DNA from: an uncultured Chloroflexia bacterium
Lineage (GTDB): Bacteria > Chloroflexota > Limnocylindria > Limnocylindrales > CSP1-4
Assembly (NCBI GenBank): GCA_963712745.1
Contig: CAVQJC010000011.1
Location: 128,001 to 192,000, forward strand
Direction: 5' to 3'
Length of the DNA stretch: 64,000 nucleotides
The notes beneath the pieces were generated by a model. That model was not told where the DNA came from. It ran no database searches and worked only from the letters and a program-made list of their open reading frames with translations. The translations under genes were made by a program, and so were the position numbers. Below are positions 30,479 to 41,087 of this stretch, one piece after another; position 1 is the first letter of the stretch; every line of letters starts with the position of its first letter.

Positions 30479-31344
30479 CTAGACCACGGCCACGGCTCGC
30501 AGCCACGAGCCGGTGGCGCCGGTTATGCGCAAGGGCAGGCAGATGAAGAGGAATTCGTAGAGCCCTTCGTCCGCCACGCTCTCGAGGTCCATGATCTCGA
30601 TGAGATGGACCCCGCGCTCGACGAGCATCACGCCGTGGGTCGTCCGTTCCGGGTCGGGCATGGGGATGACCTCCGTGCCCGACGTGTCGGTTCCCAGCAG
30701 CGCCATGCCCCGGTCGTACAGCCAGAGCGAGGCGTCGGGGCCCACCCCCGGCTGGCTGGCGAAGTAGGTCTCCGCTGCCGATGCGTACCAGGCCTTGTAC
30801 CAGCCGGTGCGCACGAGCACGCTGTCGCCGGGGCGGATCTCGCGTGCCCTGCACCTGCAGCGCGTCCTGCACGTCCCCCGGCGTGATCTCGTAGCGGTCG
30901 GGCAGGTGCTCGAGCCCCTTGGCCCGTGCCACATCGACGAGCACCCCACGTCCCGACGACCGGACGTGAGTGCTCCATGCCGTTGGCCGCCCAGCCGAAG
31001 TCACCGTAGACATCGGCCAGCTCGTGATCGCCGAACATGCGGCCGTGGCAGGAGATGTGCGCCAGGCCGTCCATGTGCGTGCCCAGGTGCGGTGAGGCCG
31101 TGATGACGTCCATCGAGAAGTCGAATCCGGGCGAGGTCTTGGTCGTGAGTGCCTTGGGCGTGCGGTATTGCGTCACTCGAAACCCGTAGAACGCGTCTGG
31201 CGGGCCCTGCGGCATGTCTCGCCCGAAGGTCGTGCTCAGCTCCAGCACCCGGCCCTCGCTCACGCCCCCGAGGGCGGCTAGCACCTCCGCTGAACCGAGT
31301 CGGTCCAGGCCGACCGTCGATCCGTCACCCGGTCTGATGGCCAT
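30479..31344 (-). CDS. Cyclase/kynurenine-formamidase family metal hydrolase, +1 frameshifts near 30951 and 30842
   Basis: HLGTHMDGLAH, GRGVLVDV, PGDSVLVRTGW, GTD, H...ERGVHLIE, LRITGATGS. Confidence 0.85.
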
Positions 31345-31402
31345 CAGATACCCCCTTCGAGGAGATGGGGCCGAGGGCCCGCGCGAGTCCTGCCGGCGGA
31401 CC

Positions 31403-31451
31403 TTGCTCGGCGCTTGCCTGCGTGCGTATAGTACCTGACTAGACAGGACTA
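31403..31451 (+). promoter_or_regulatory. Promoter with near-palindromic operator (island motif copy C)
   Basis: TTGCTC (31403), 18 bp spacer, TATAGT (31427); CCTGACTAGACAGG (31434-31447) lies just downstream. Confidence 0.65.
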
Positions 31452-31495
31452 TCACGGACCTGTCAGGAGGCAACCCAGGGACCAAGGAGGGACCC

Positions 31496-32672
31496 ATGAT
31501 CAAGTCTCGGATGCGCGCGCTCGCCATCGTCGCGGGTGGCATCCTCACCCTCACCGCACTGCCCGCGGTCACGATGGCACAGGATGCCGAGGATCCGTCG
31601 TGGAAGCCTGATCCGGCGTGCACCACGGATGACCCCATCGTCGCGGAGGCCATCGCCAACACCATCGCCCGGACCGGCGTGCAGACCGAGTGGTACGGGC
31701 CCACGGAGGGTCCCGCGCCCAAGGAGGGCGCCAAGGTCGTGTGGATCCCGACCTCGGCGCAGAACGCGCTGTCGGTCAACTGGGGCACCGAGATCGAGAA
31801 GGTCAGTGATCTGCTCGGCTGGGACTACACGACCATCGACGGCAAGGGCACCGCGCAGGGCTGGACCGACGCCATGACCCAGGCCATCGCCCTCGGGCCC
31901 GGACGTCATCATGTACTCGGCCGACGCCCGCACCCTGGCCACCAAGAACCAGGAGGCCGTGGACGAGGGCATCTCCGTCATCGGCATCCACGGGCTGGCC
32001 TTGCCCGGTCCCGACGAGACGACCAACCTCTACTCCAACATCACGTCTGACCCGCGCGACATCGGCGCGGCCATGGCCGACTACCTCATCGCGCGGACCT
32101 GCGGCACGGCCAAGAGCGTCGTCCTCTTCGACTCGGTCTACGAGATCGCCGAGTTCAAGGGCGTGGCCATGGCCGACCGCCTCGAGGAGTGCGCCGGCTG
32201 CGAGCTGCTCGAATACGTCGACTCTCCGCTTTCCGAGCTCGAGACCCGTCAGCCGCAGCTGTGCACCAACTGGGCCGTCGAGTACGGCACGGACTGGTCG
32301 GCCATGACCATCTACGACGACATCTGGAACTTCTGCACGCCCTCACTCGGCGATGCCGGCGTGGGTCCCGGTGACGTCGCCCTCGTCGCCTCCGACGGCA
32401 CCGAGGCCGGCTACACCCGTATCCGCGACGGCCAGTATCAGGTCGCCACGGTCCCCGAGCCTGCCGAGCTGCAGGCGTACATGGCCATCGACGATGCCAT
32501 CCGCGCCATGGCCGGCGAGGCACCTGCAGGCTGGGACCAGCCGGTCTTCATCCACTTCAAGGACGGCATCCACGGTGACAACCTCGCCATCGAGGGTGGC
32601 GACCAGGGGCAGTTCTTCCCCAGCAACGACTACAAGAACCGGTACCTGGAGCTCTGGGGGGTCGAGCAGTAG
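31496..32672 (+). CDS. Sugar ABC substrate-binding protein, +1 frameshift near 31901
   Basis: SD AGGAGG, signal peptide (TMA-QD), IDGKG, ATVPEP; first gene of an ABC operon. Confidence 0.85.
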
Positions 32673-32710
32673 CCGACTGACCCGAACCCTGGGGGACCAC
32701 TTCGACCATT

Positions 32711-32750
32711 GGGATGGGAGCCTCTCTGGCTAGTCCGGGGCTCCCGTCCC
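32711..32750 (+). terminator. Stem-loop downstream of the SBP gene
   Basis: GGGATGGGAGCC and GGCTCCCGTCCC form an inverted repeat with one G-U pair, followed by TTT. Confidence 0.55.
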
Positions 32751-32767
32751 TTTCCATGGACCGACAC

Positions 32768-34318
32768 ATGAGCGATGCGAACGATCTGAACCCGCAGGCC
32801 AGGCCCGGGCACGATGCGGCCACGCTGCTGGCCATCGAGGGGCTGACCAAGCAGTTCCCGGGCACACTCGCGCTGGACGCGGTCGACTTCGAGGTGCGTA
32901 CGGGCGAGATCCACGCGCTCGTCGGCGAGAACGGCGCCGGCAAGTCCACGCTCATCAAGATCCTGGCCGGCATCTATCCGGCCGACAGCGGGACCATCTC
33001 CCTGGGCGGCCAGCCGTACGATCCGGCGCACGAACATCGGATCGCCTTCATCCACCAGGACCTGGGCCTCTTCATCCAGTTCTCGGTGGCCGAGAACATC
33101 GCGGTGGTCGCCGGCTATGAACGGCCCAGGGGCCTGATCTCCTGGCCCCAGGTGCGCGAACGCGCACGCCACATCCTGACCTCGATGGGCAGCGACGTCG
33201 ATGTCGAGGATCCAGTCGCGGCGCTGACGTCGGCGGAGCGGTCGATCGTGGCCATCGCCCGAGCGCTCGCGCTCGACGCCGACGTGCTGGTGCTGGACGA
33301 ACCCACAGCATCGCTGCCGGAGACCGACGTCCGCCGGCTCTTCGACATCCTGCACGGCTTGCGGGACCGCGGCATGGGCGTCGTCTTCGTCAGCCATCGA
33401 CTGGACGAGGTCTTCCGCCTGGCCGATCGCGTCACCGTGCTGCGTGACGGACGACGGATCGAGACCTCGGCCGTGGCCGACACCTCGCCCTCGCGGCTCG
33501 TGGCCGCCATCGTCGGCCGTGAGCTGTCGGACATGTTCATCGACCCGCAGCCACCTGGTGACGAGATCGTCCTCGAGCTCAAGGATTTCGAGGTCGGTGC
33601 CGTCGGCCCGGTCAGCCTGCGTCTGTACCGGGGTGAGATCCTGGGGCTGGTCGGGCTGCGCGGTGCCGGTCAGGACCTGGTCGGCCGGGCGGTCTTCGGC
33701 GATACCGGCGACTTCGTGCAGGCGGGTGCCATCCGCGTCCTGGAGAAGCCCTTCCGCGCACGGACTCCCGCCGACGCCATGTCGAGCGGCGTGGCCTTCG
33801 TGTCGAGCAAGCGCACCGAGGAAGGCGTGGCCGGCAGCCTGACGGTGCGCGAGAACATCTACCCCAACGCCGCCATGCAGGGTCAGTCCCTGCTCCGACC
33901 CATGCGGCCAGCCGAAGAGCGTCGCCGCATCAAGGCCGTGATGGAGCGCTTCGATGTTCGGCCACGTGATCCCGAGCGGGAGGTCGGTACGCTTTCCGGC
34001 GGCAACCAGCAGAAGTCCATCCTGGCACGCTGGCTGGAGGCCCAGAGTGGGCTGCTCGTGCTGGAGGAGCCGACCTTTGGCGTCGACGTCGGTGCGCGCG
34101 CAGAGATCTACCGCATCCTCGGTCAGTACGTGTCGCAGGGGAACGCCGTGCTCCTGGTCTCCTCTGACTTCGAGGAGGTCGCGGGCATCTCCAACCGGGC
34201 CCTGGTCTTCCGGCGCGGACGGGTCGTCGCCGAGGTCCCTCGTGACGAGCTGTCCGTCCTTCGACTCACCGGGCTGGCGACGGGCGCCACCGAGGCTGAG
34301 CTGAAGGCTGCCTCGTGA
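32768..34318 (+). CDS. Sugar ABC ATPase (two NBDs)
   Basis: GENGAGKST, DEPT, LSGGNQQK, EEPTFGVDVGA. Confidence 0.93.
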   Translation: MSDANDLNPQARPGHDAATLLAIEGLTKQFPGTLALDAVDFEVRTGEIHALVGENGAGKSTLIKILAGIYPADSGTISLGGQPYDPAHEHRIAFIHQDLGLFIQFSVAENIAVVAGYERPRGLISWPQVRERARHILTSMGSDVDVEDPVAALTSAERSIVAIARALALDADVLVLDEPTASLPETDVRRLFDILHGLRDRGMGVVFVSHRLDEVFRLADRVTVLRDGRRIETSAVADTSPSRLVAAIVGRELSDMFIDPQPPGDEIVLELKDFEVGAVGPVSLRLYRGEILGLVGLRGAGQDLVGRAVFGDTGDFVQAGAIRVLEKPFRARTPADAMSSGVAFVSSKRTEEGVAGSLTVRENIYPNAAMQGQSLLRPMRPAEERRRIKAVMERFDVRPRDPEREVGTLSGGNQQKSILARWLEAQSGLLVLEEPTFGVDVGARAEIYRILGQYVSQGNAVLLVSSDFEEVAGISNRALVFRRGRVVAEVPRDELSVLRLTGLATGATEAELKAAS

Positions 34319-35304
34319 GCTCCCGCATCCTGCGCTTCCTGTCCGTCTACGGCCTGCCCTTGCTGCTGCTGGCGCTCTTCATCCTGTTCGCCCTGCTGCT
34401 GCCGAACACCTTCCCCACCGAGTACAACATCCGCTCGATGCTGGCCGACAAGTCGGTCATCGCCCTGTTGGCGCTCGCGGAGATGGTGCCCATCTCGGCC
34501 GGCGCCTTCGATCTCTCCATCGGCTGGGGCATCGGCCTCTACCACATCCTCACCGTGGGCCTCATCGACCAGGGCGTTCCCTGGCCGTTGGTCGTTGTCC
34601 TCGTGCTGGGCTGTGGCCTGCTGGTCGGGACCATCATCGGCCTGCTGGTGACGCGGGGCGGCATCGACCCCTTCATCGCCAGCCTGGGCGTGGGCACGTT
34701 CCTGTTCGGTGTGTCGCTGTGGTACGCGCCGCAGCAGATCGTGGCCTCCATCCCGCCCGAGCTCCGCTCGCTGGTGACCACCTTCGACCTTGGCATCACC
34801 AGGGTCCCCATACCCTTCGTCTATGTCGTCATCGTGGCCATCATCCTGTGGACGATGTTCGAGCGCCTGCCCCTTGGCCGGTACCTCTACATGCTGGGCG
34901 CCAACCAGCGCGCCGCGGAGCTCATCGGCATCTCGCCCAAGCGCTACATCACCTTCGCCTTCCAGTGTTCGGGGGTCATCGCGGCCTTCGCCGGCGTCGT
35001 CCTCGGCGTCCGGCTCGGGGTGGCCCAGACCGCCATCGGGCCCGACTTCCTGCTGCCGGCCTTCGCCGCGGTGTTCCTGGGCTCGACCACCATCCGCCCG
35101 GGTCGGGTCAACGTCCTGGGCACGCTCGTGGCCGTCTTCGTCATCGCGGTCGTGTCGGCCGGCATGGCGCAGCTTGGCGCACAGTTCTATGTCGACCCCA
35201 TGTTCAACGGCATCATGCTCGTGGCCTCGGTCGGGCTGGCCGCCTATGCCGCTCGCCGGCGCATGCGCATCCGGGCTGCTGCCGACGCGGCGGCACTCCA
35301 ATGA
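34315..35304 (+). CDS. Monosaccharide ABC permease
   Basis: FDLSIG, FIASLG, GANQRAAELIGI, LLPAFAAVFLG. Confidence 0.92.
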   Translation: MSSRILRFLSVYGLPLLLLALFILFALLLPNTFPTEYNIRSMLADKSVIALLALAEMVPISAGAFDLSIGWGIGLYHILTVGLIDQGVPWPLVVVLVLGCGLLVGTIIGLLVTRGGIDPFIASLGVGTFLFGVSLWYAPQQIVASIPPELRSLVTTFDLGITRVPIPFVYVVIVAIILWTMFERLPLGRYLYMLGANQRAAELIGISPKRYITFAFQCSGVIAAFAGVVLGVRLGVAQTAIGPDFLLPAFAAVFLGSTTIRPGRVNVLGTLVAVFVIAVVSAGMAQLGAQFYVDPMFNGIMLVASVGLAAYAARRRMRIRAAADAAALQ

Positions 35305-35328
35305 GCGGCCCGTAGGCGGCGCAGCACG

Positions 35329-36141
35329 ATGACTGACGGCCTGGAGATCTTCTCGCTCGCGGGGCGGACGGCCCTGGTCGCGGGCGCCAGCCGCGGCATC
35401 GGCCTGGCCGTCGCACGGTCGATGGCCCAGGCGGGAGCCCACACCATCCTGGCAGCCAGGTCGGTCGCGGTGCTCGAGGAGCGCGTGGCGGATCTCCGTG
35501 CCGCGGGCTGCGCGGCCGAATGGCGGCAGCTGGACACGACCGACGCCGACTCGATCGAGCGCCTGACGCGGGCCCTGCCAGCGGTCGACATCCTCGTGAA
35601 CATCGTCGGCACCAACGTGCGCAAGCCGTTCCTGGACTACACCCGGTCCGAGTACGACGCCATGTTCGAGACGAACGTCAACGGGCTGGTCCAGCTGACG
35701 CAGCAGCTGGGCGGTCGGATGATCGAGCGCGGCAAGGGCGGCAAGGTCCTCTTCATCGGCAGCCTGGTCGTCCACATCGGCGTGCCCAACGTCTCGGTCT
35801 ACGCCATGACCAAGGGTGCGCTGGCAGGCCTGACCAAGGCACTGGCTGCCGAATGGGCGGCCCATCACGTCCAGGTCAACTGCATCATCCCCGGCCTCAT
35901 CCTCACCGAGCTCAACGCCAGCATGTGGGAGCTGCCGGAGATGCGTGAGTGGCTGGTCACCGCCCAGGCCGATCCGCGCCTTGGTACGCCCGAAGACATC
36001 GCGCCCCTCGCGGTCTTCCTGGCCGGCAGGGCCTCCGACTACATCACCGGCCAGCTCATCGCGGTGGACGGTGGCTACACGACGACCAAGATGTGGCCGT
36101 TCAGGGGAGACGAAGCGAGCGCGGGGGAGGGCGATCGATGA
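35329..36141 (+). CDS. SDR oxidoreductase (gluconate 5-dehydrogenase/KduD-like)
   Basis: FSLAGRTALVAGASRGIG, YAMTK, QVNCI, YITGQ...DGG. Confidence 0.88.
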   Translation: MTDGLEIFSLAGRTALVAGASRGIGLAVARSMAQAGAHTILAARSVAVLEERVADLRAAGCAAEWRQLDTTDADSIERLTRALPAVDILVNIVGTNVRKPFLDYTRSEYDAMFETNVNGLVQLTQQLGGRMIERGKGGKVLFIGSLVVHIGVPNVSVYAMTKGALAGLTKALAAEWAAHHVQVNCIIPGLILTELNASMWELPEMREWLVTAQADPRLGTPEDIAPLAVFLAGRASDYITGQLIAVDGGYTTTKMWPFRGDEASAGEGDR

Positions 36142-37139
36142 CGCATGCCTACGAGCGAGTGCTCATCACCGGGGGTTCCGGTTTCATCGGCAGCTACCTG
36201 GCCCGGACGCTGCTGGCGCAGGGCAGGGTCGTCATGAACCTCGATGTGCGTCCCCCAGCGCCCGAAGCGCTCCACGTCCTGGGCCATCAGGCGGCGCGAT
36301 ACCACTACCTGCCGGGCGGCGTGGAGGACTGGGGTCCGCTGCTGGAGGAGATTCGGCAGCATCGGCCGACCGCCATCATCCACGGCGCGGCCATCGTCGA
36401 CGTCGGTCGCCTCCGGACCGACCCACTGCCTGCCGCTCGCATCAACTTCGGCGGCACGCTCAATGTCCTCGAGGCGGCCCGGATCAGTGGCGTGGAGCGC
36501 GTCCTGCTCATCTCGTCCATCGGCGTGCTGCCCACCATCCAGCAGGAGCCGGTGCCGCCCGACCACCCGCTCATCCTCGCCGGCGAAGGCCCCGGATCGG
36601 GCTTCTATGGTGCTGCCAAGGTAGCCAGCGAGGCCTTCGGGTTCGCCTATCACTCCGGCTTTGGCCTGGACTTCCGGGTGGTGCGGCCCACGGCGCCGTA
36701 CGGCCTGGGCATGGGCTGGCCGATGTTCGTGAAGACGATGGTGGAGGGAGCCATCCGCGGGGAGGCGGTCCGCTTCGCCAGCGGCGGCTCGTACCCTCGT
36801 GCCTACACGCACATCGAGGACGTGACCGCGCTGACCATCGCCGTGCTCGATGCGCCGGCCGGGTCGGACCGAGTCTTCTACGCCAGCAATGGTGAAGCGC
36901 TGGTGACCGCCTCGCAGGTCGCTGACATCGTGCGTGATGTCGTGCCCGGTGCTGACATCGAGGTCGGCGAGGAGCTCCTGGAGGCGGACCGCTTCGAGCT
37001 TCAGATCCGCAAACGACTGTCCATCGAGAACGCCCGGCAGCAACTCGGATATGAGCCGCGATTCGGGCACATGCGAGATGGCGTGGCCGAATACGTCGAA
37101 CGCTATCGAGAGTTCCTGGACGCACGGGAGGCTCGCTGA
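36138..37139 (+). CDS. NAD-dependent epimerase/dehydratase family protein
   Basis: TGGSGFIG, GTLNVLEAAR, YGAAK, YGLG. Confidence 0.9.
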   Translation: MTHAYERVLITGGSGFIGSYLARTLLAQGRVVMNLDVRPPAPEALHVLGHQAARYHYLPGGVEDWGPLLEEIRQHRPTAIIHGAAIVDVGRLRTDPLPAARINFGGTLNVLEAARISGVERVLLISSIGVLPTIQQEPVPPDHPLILAGEGPGSGFYGAAKVASEAFGFAYHSGFGLDFRVVRPTAPYGLGMGWPMFVKTMVEGAIRGEAVRFASGGSYPRAYTHIEDVTALTIAVLDAPAGSDRVFYASNGEALVTASQVADIVRDVVPGADIEVGEELLEADRFELQIRKRLSIENARQQLGYEPRFGHMRDGVAEYVERYREFLDAREAR

Positions 37140-38023
37140 TGGCTGATCCCGAGATGGCCGATCCCGAGGGCGCCCGACTGACCCCGTGGCAGCGGCGTTT
37201 CTCTCTCGACGGTCGCGTGGCCCTCGTGACCGGCGCCGGCGGTGGCATCGGCCGCGCCTTCGCCTGGGCGCTGGCTGAAGCCGGTGCGCGCGTGGCGGCC
37301 CACGACCGGTCGGTCGCAGCCCTCAAGCCGGCCAGGGACCTGCTCGGGCGCGATGAGCTCACCATGGACGAGTTCGAGGCCGACCTCGAAGATGTCGACG
37401 TCTGCGGCGAACTGGTCGCCGCGGTCCACGCTCGCTGCGGTCGCCTCGATGTGCTGGTCAACTGCGCGGGCATCGTGTCTCGCTCACGCATCGCCGACAT
37501 CGACGTCGAGACCTTCGACCGCGTCGTCGCCGTCGACGTGCGAGCTCCCTACTTCCTGTCGCAGGCGGCACACCGGGTGATGCGCGACCAGGGCGGCGGC
37601 TGCATCGTCAACATCGGCTCGGTCAACAGCTTCTTCGGGCTCGACACGGCCTCGGTCTATGGGTTGGCCAAGGGGGCTCTCACGCAGTTCACCAAGGCAG
37701 CCGCGGTGGAGTGGGCCAGCGACCGCGTGCGTGTCAACTGCATCGTCCCCGGCTTCACGCAGACGCCCATCAACGTCGAGGCCCTGTGGGGAAACCGGCG
37801 TCGCCGCGCGTGGATCCTGGACCGCGTACCCATGGCCCGCCCGGGCCTGCCGGACGACCTTGTGGGCGCACTCCTCTACCTGGCTTCCGATGCCTCGGCG
37901 TTCATGACCGGCCAGACGCTCGTCGTCGACGGCGGGTTCCTGGCCGGCGGCTCGTGGGATTACCAGGGACCACTGGCCTGGGCCGAAGCCCACGCCGCCG
38001 ACGGCCCGCAGGAGGGTTCATGA
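37139..38023 (+). CDS. SDR oxidoreductase (gluconate 5-dehydrogenase-like)
   Basis: TGAGGGIG, NCAG, YGLAK, TGQTLVVDGG; paralog of 26958-27851. Confidence 0.9.
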   Translation: MADPEMADPEGARLTPWQRRFSLDGRVALVTGAGGGIGRAFAWALAEAGARVAAHDRSVAALKPARDLLGRDELTMDEFEADLEDVDVCGELVAAVHARCGRLDVLVNCAGIVSRSRIADIDVETFDRVVAVDVRAPYFLSQAAHRVMRDQGGGCIVNIGSVNSFFGLDTASVYGLAKGALTQFTKAAAVEWASDRVRVNCIVPGFTQTPINVEALWGNRRRRAWILDRVPMARPGLPDDLVGALLYLASDASAFMTGQTLVVDGGFLAGGSWDYQGPLAWAEAHAADGPQEGS

Positions 38024-39045
38024 CTGGCGTCCCCGGCGAGGCGGGACGGGGGCTCGACGGCAGCGAGCTCATCGACGCCTACCGCACGATGGCGCTGATC
38101 CGTGCCTTCGAAGAGGCCATCCTGGTCCTGTACAAGAAGGGCAAGCTTCCCGGCTTCATGCACGTATCGGTGGGCCAGGAAGCTGTCCCGGCGGGTGTCT
38201 GTCAGGTCTTGCGGGCGGACGACATCACGACCAGCCCCCATCGGAACCACGGTCACGTCATCGCCAAGGGCGTGCCCATCGAGGCCATGATGGCCGAGAT
38301 GTTCGGCCGTGCTGGTGGTGTCTGCCGGGGCAAGGGCGGCTCACTGCATATCGCCCACGTCCCGGCCGGCGCCGTCGGCGCCAACGGCATCGTGGCTGCC
38401 GGCATGCCTATCGCCGCTGGCCTGGCGCTCGGCTACCGGCAGGCCGGAGAGGACCGCGTCGTCGTCGCGTTCGTGGGTGACGGCGCCATCGCGAACGGCA
38501 CGTCCCACGAGACGCTGAACCTGGCCTCGCTCTGGCGCCTGCCACTGGTCGTGGTGCGCGAGGACAACCAGTACGCCGAATCCACGCCGCGGCACGACTA
38601 CCAGGCCATCCCCGACATCGTGCGCTATGCACAGAGCTACGGTCTCGCTGCGACCGCCGTCGACGGCAACGACGTCGAGGCCGTGGCGGCGGCCACGCGT
38701 GAGGCCGTGGTGCGGGCCCGAGCGGGCGGAGGCCCCTCGTTGCTGCAATGTGAGACGTACCGCTGGTACGGACACAACATCGGGGATCAAGGGGCCTATC
38801 GCGCGGATGAAGAGGTGGAGCGCTGGCGCATGCGTGATCCCCTGCGCCTCGCCCGCGAGCGTGCCGTAGCGCGCGGGGCGGGCACCGAGGCCGGATTGGA
38901 CGACATCGACGCCGAGGTCGCCGCACGTCTCGAGCTCGCCATCGAGGCCGCAGCGGCCATGCCCGAGCCGCCGGCCGCGTGGGCCACCGAGGATGTCTAT
39001 GCCACGCCCGAGATGGAGCGGCGCGTGCTGGGGGTCCGGCCATGA
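38020..39045 (+). CDS. ThDP-dependent dehydrogenase E1 alpha (AcoA/PdhA-like), copy 1
   Basis: GFMH...GQEA, HRNHGH, GKGGSLH, GDGA...N, YRWYGH. Confidence 0.92.
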   Translation: MTGVPGEAGRGLDGSELIDAYRTMALIRAFEEAILVLYKKGKLPGFMHVSVGQEAVPAGVCQVLRADDITTSPHRNHGHVIAKGVPIEAMMAEMFGRAGGVCRGKGGSLHIAHVPAGAVGANGIVAAGMPIAAGLALGYRQAGEDRVVVAFVGDGAIANGTSHETLNLASLWRLPLVVVREDNQYAESTPRHDYQAIPDIVRYAQSYGLAATAVDGNDVEAVAAATREAVVRARAGGGPSLLQCETYRWYGHNIGDQGAYRADEEVERWRMRDPLRLARERAVARGAGTEAGLDDIDAEVAARLELAIEAAAAMPEPPAAWATEDVYATPEMERRVLGVRP

Positions 39046-40016
39046 CGCGACTGCGCTATCGCGAAGCGCTGAACGGGGCGCTCCGCGAGGAGCTCCAACG
39101 CGACCCGCGCGTCTTCCTCATGGGTGAGGACCTGCGCGACCCCTGGGGCGGCACCTTCAAGGTGACCGAGGGCCTGTCGACCGAGTTCGGCGATCGCGTG
39201 CTCAACACCCCCATCTCGGAGAATGCGATCGTGGGCACCGCCCTCGGCGCGGCCCTGGCCGGCCGCCGGCCCATCGTCGAGCTGATGTTCCTCGACTTCG
39301 TCTTCCTGGCCCTCGACCAGATCGCCAACCAGGTGGCCAAGATCCGCTACATGACTGGTGGCCAGGTGACGGTGCCCCTCGTGGTCCGCTTGCCCGGGGG
39401 TGGCTACCTCAATGCCTCCGCGCAGCACAGCCAGAGTCTGGAAGCGATCCTCGCCCATATCCCGGGCCTGCTGGTGGCGTCACCGTCCACGCCGGCTGAT
39501 GCCAAGGCGCTGCTCAAGACGGCCGTCCGCCTTGATGACCCGGTCTGCTTCATCGAGCACAAGGCGCTGTACCCGGTTCGCGGCGAGGTACCCGAAGGCG
39601 AGCACCTCCTGCCGTTCGGCGAGGCCAGCAAGGTGCGCTCCGGCCACGACGTGACCGTGGTCGCGTGGTCATTGATGGTGTCGATGTCGCTCCAGGCTGC
39701 CGAGCGCCTGGCCGAGTCGGGCGTCCAGGCTGAGGTCATCGATATCCGGACGCTCGTACCGCTCGACGAACGGGCCATCCTCGAGTCCGCGGCGCGGACG
39801 GGCCGGCTGCTGATCGTCCAGGAAGCACCGCGGCGCGCCGGCTTCGGAGCGGAGATCGCCGCGCTCGTGGCCGAGCGCCTGCCCGGGACGGCCATCGCCC
39901 GCGTCGCCGGCCTGGACACGCCCATCCCCATGGCCCCCAACCTTGAGCGTGCCGTGCTGCCATCGGTCGAGCGGATCCACGACGCCGCCGTGAACCTGGT
40001 TGGCGGTGGCGCGTGA
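39042..40016 (+). CDS. E1 beta (AcoB/PdhB-like), copy 1
   Basis: MGED, TPISE, ELMFLDF, AQHSQ, FIEHK, RTLVPLD. Confidence 0.92.
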   Translation: MTRLRYREALNGALREELQRDPRVFLMGEDLRDPWGGTFKVTEGLSTEFGDRVLNTPISENAIVGTALGAALAGRRPIVELMFLDFVFLALDQIANQVAKIRYMTGGQVTVPLVVRLPGGGYLNASAQHSQSLEAILAHIPGLLVASPSTPADAKALLKTAVRLDDPVCFIEHKALYPVRGEVPEGEHLLPFGEASKVRSGHDVTVVAWSLMVSMSLQAAERLAESGVQAEVIDIRTLVPLDERAILESAARTGRLLIVQEAPRRAGFGAEIAALVAERLPGTAIARVAGLDTPIPMAPNLERAVLPSVERIHDAAVNLVGGGA

Positions 40017-40027
40017 GAGCTGGGGTG

Positions 40028-40049
40028 TATACGATGCTAGACAGGTATA
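40028..40049 (+). promoter_or_regulatory. Internal promoter/operator, island motif copy B
   Basis: TATACGATGCTAGACAGGTATA, 21/22 identical to 9238-9259. Confidence 0.7.
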
Positions 40050-40097
40050 TGTCAGGTCGGGTAGAGTCGAGATGACGAACCAGCGCGAGGGAGGACG

Positions 40098-41087
40098 ATG
40101 ACAGCACTGCTTGAGACTCCCGGGATCGACCTCGACGCCCCCATCGACCTCGAGCCCATCACGGAGGACCGCGCTGTCGAGCTGTACTCGCGGATGGCGC
40201 TCATCCGCGAGTTCGAGAGTCGCGTGAACGCGCTCTTCCTGCAGGGCCGCATCCCCGGCACCATCCATCTCTCGCACGGCCAGGAAGCCTGCGCCGTAGG
40301 CGGGACGGCATCGCTGCGGCCGACCGATCCGATCACCATCACGCACCGCGGGCATGGGCAGGCCCTGGCCAAGGGCTCCTCTGCGCGAGGACTGATGGCG
40401 GAGCTCTACGCCAAGGAGACCGGCTGCTGCCGGGGCATGGGCGGCTCGCTCCACGTGGGCGACTGGTCCGTGGGGGCGCTGCCGGGCATCTCCATCGTGG
40501 GTGCCTCGATCCCCATCGCGGCCGGCCTCGCCTTCGCCGCCCGGTACCTGGGCGAGGACAAGGTCGCGGTCTGCTTCACCGGCGACGGCGCCACCACCGA
40601 AGGCGACGCGCACGAGGGCTACAACCTGGCCTCGCTGTGGAAGGTGCCGGTCGTCTACGTCTGCGAGAACAACCTCTACTCGATCAGCACGCGGGTGGAC
40701 CGCCAGGCGCCGGTCACGTCCGTGGCCGAGCGCGTGCGTGCCTATGACCTGCCCTCCGAAGTCGTGGACGGCAACGACGTGGTCGCGGTCACGCTGGCCG
40801 TGGAGCGCGCGGTGGCCAAGGCGCGGGCCGGGGAGGGTCCCTCGCTCGTCGAGTGCCTGACGTACCGGCAGGGCGGCCACAAGCGCGACGACCCGGGTAC
40901 CTATCGGCCGCGCGAGGAGGTCGAGATGTGGCTGCGGCGCGACCCAGTGAAACGGATGCGTACGGCTCTCGACGGCGCCGGGCTGGGGTCACGCGCGGAC
41001 GCTGCCGAGCAGCAGGCGGTGGGCATCATCGACGACGCCGTCATCTTCGCTGAGGAAAGCCCACTGGCTACGGGGCTCATCGAATGA
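40098..41087 (+). CDS. ThDP-dependent dehydrogenase E1 alpha, copy 2
   Basis: GTIHLSHGQEA, HRGHG, GMGGSLH, GDGA...ENN, YRQGGH. Confidence 0.92.
   Translation: MTALLETPGIDLDAPIDLEPITEDRAVELYSRMALIREFESRVNALFLQGRIPGTIHLSHGQEACAVGGTASLRPTDPITITHRGHGQALAKGSSARGLMAELYAKETGCCRGMGGSLHVGDWSVGALPGISIVGASIPIAAGLAFAARYLGEDKVAVCFTGDGATTEGDAHEGYNLASLWKVPVVYVCENNLYSISTRVDRQAPVTSVAERVRAYDLPSEVVDGNDVVAVTLAVERAVAKARAGEGPSLVECLTYRQGGHKRDDPGTYRPREEVEMWLRRDPVKRMRTALDGAGLGSRADAAEQQAVGIIDDAVIFAEESPLATGLIE

Noticed and set aside
37139-37168. 15-bp duplication encoding MADPE-MADPE
   Set aside because: A short N-terminal duplication giving alternative starts; no further significance is evident.
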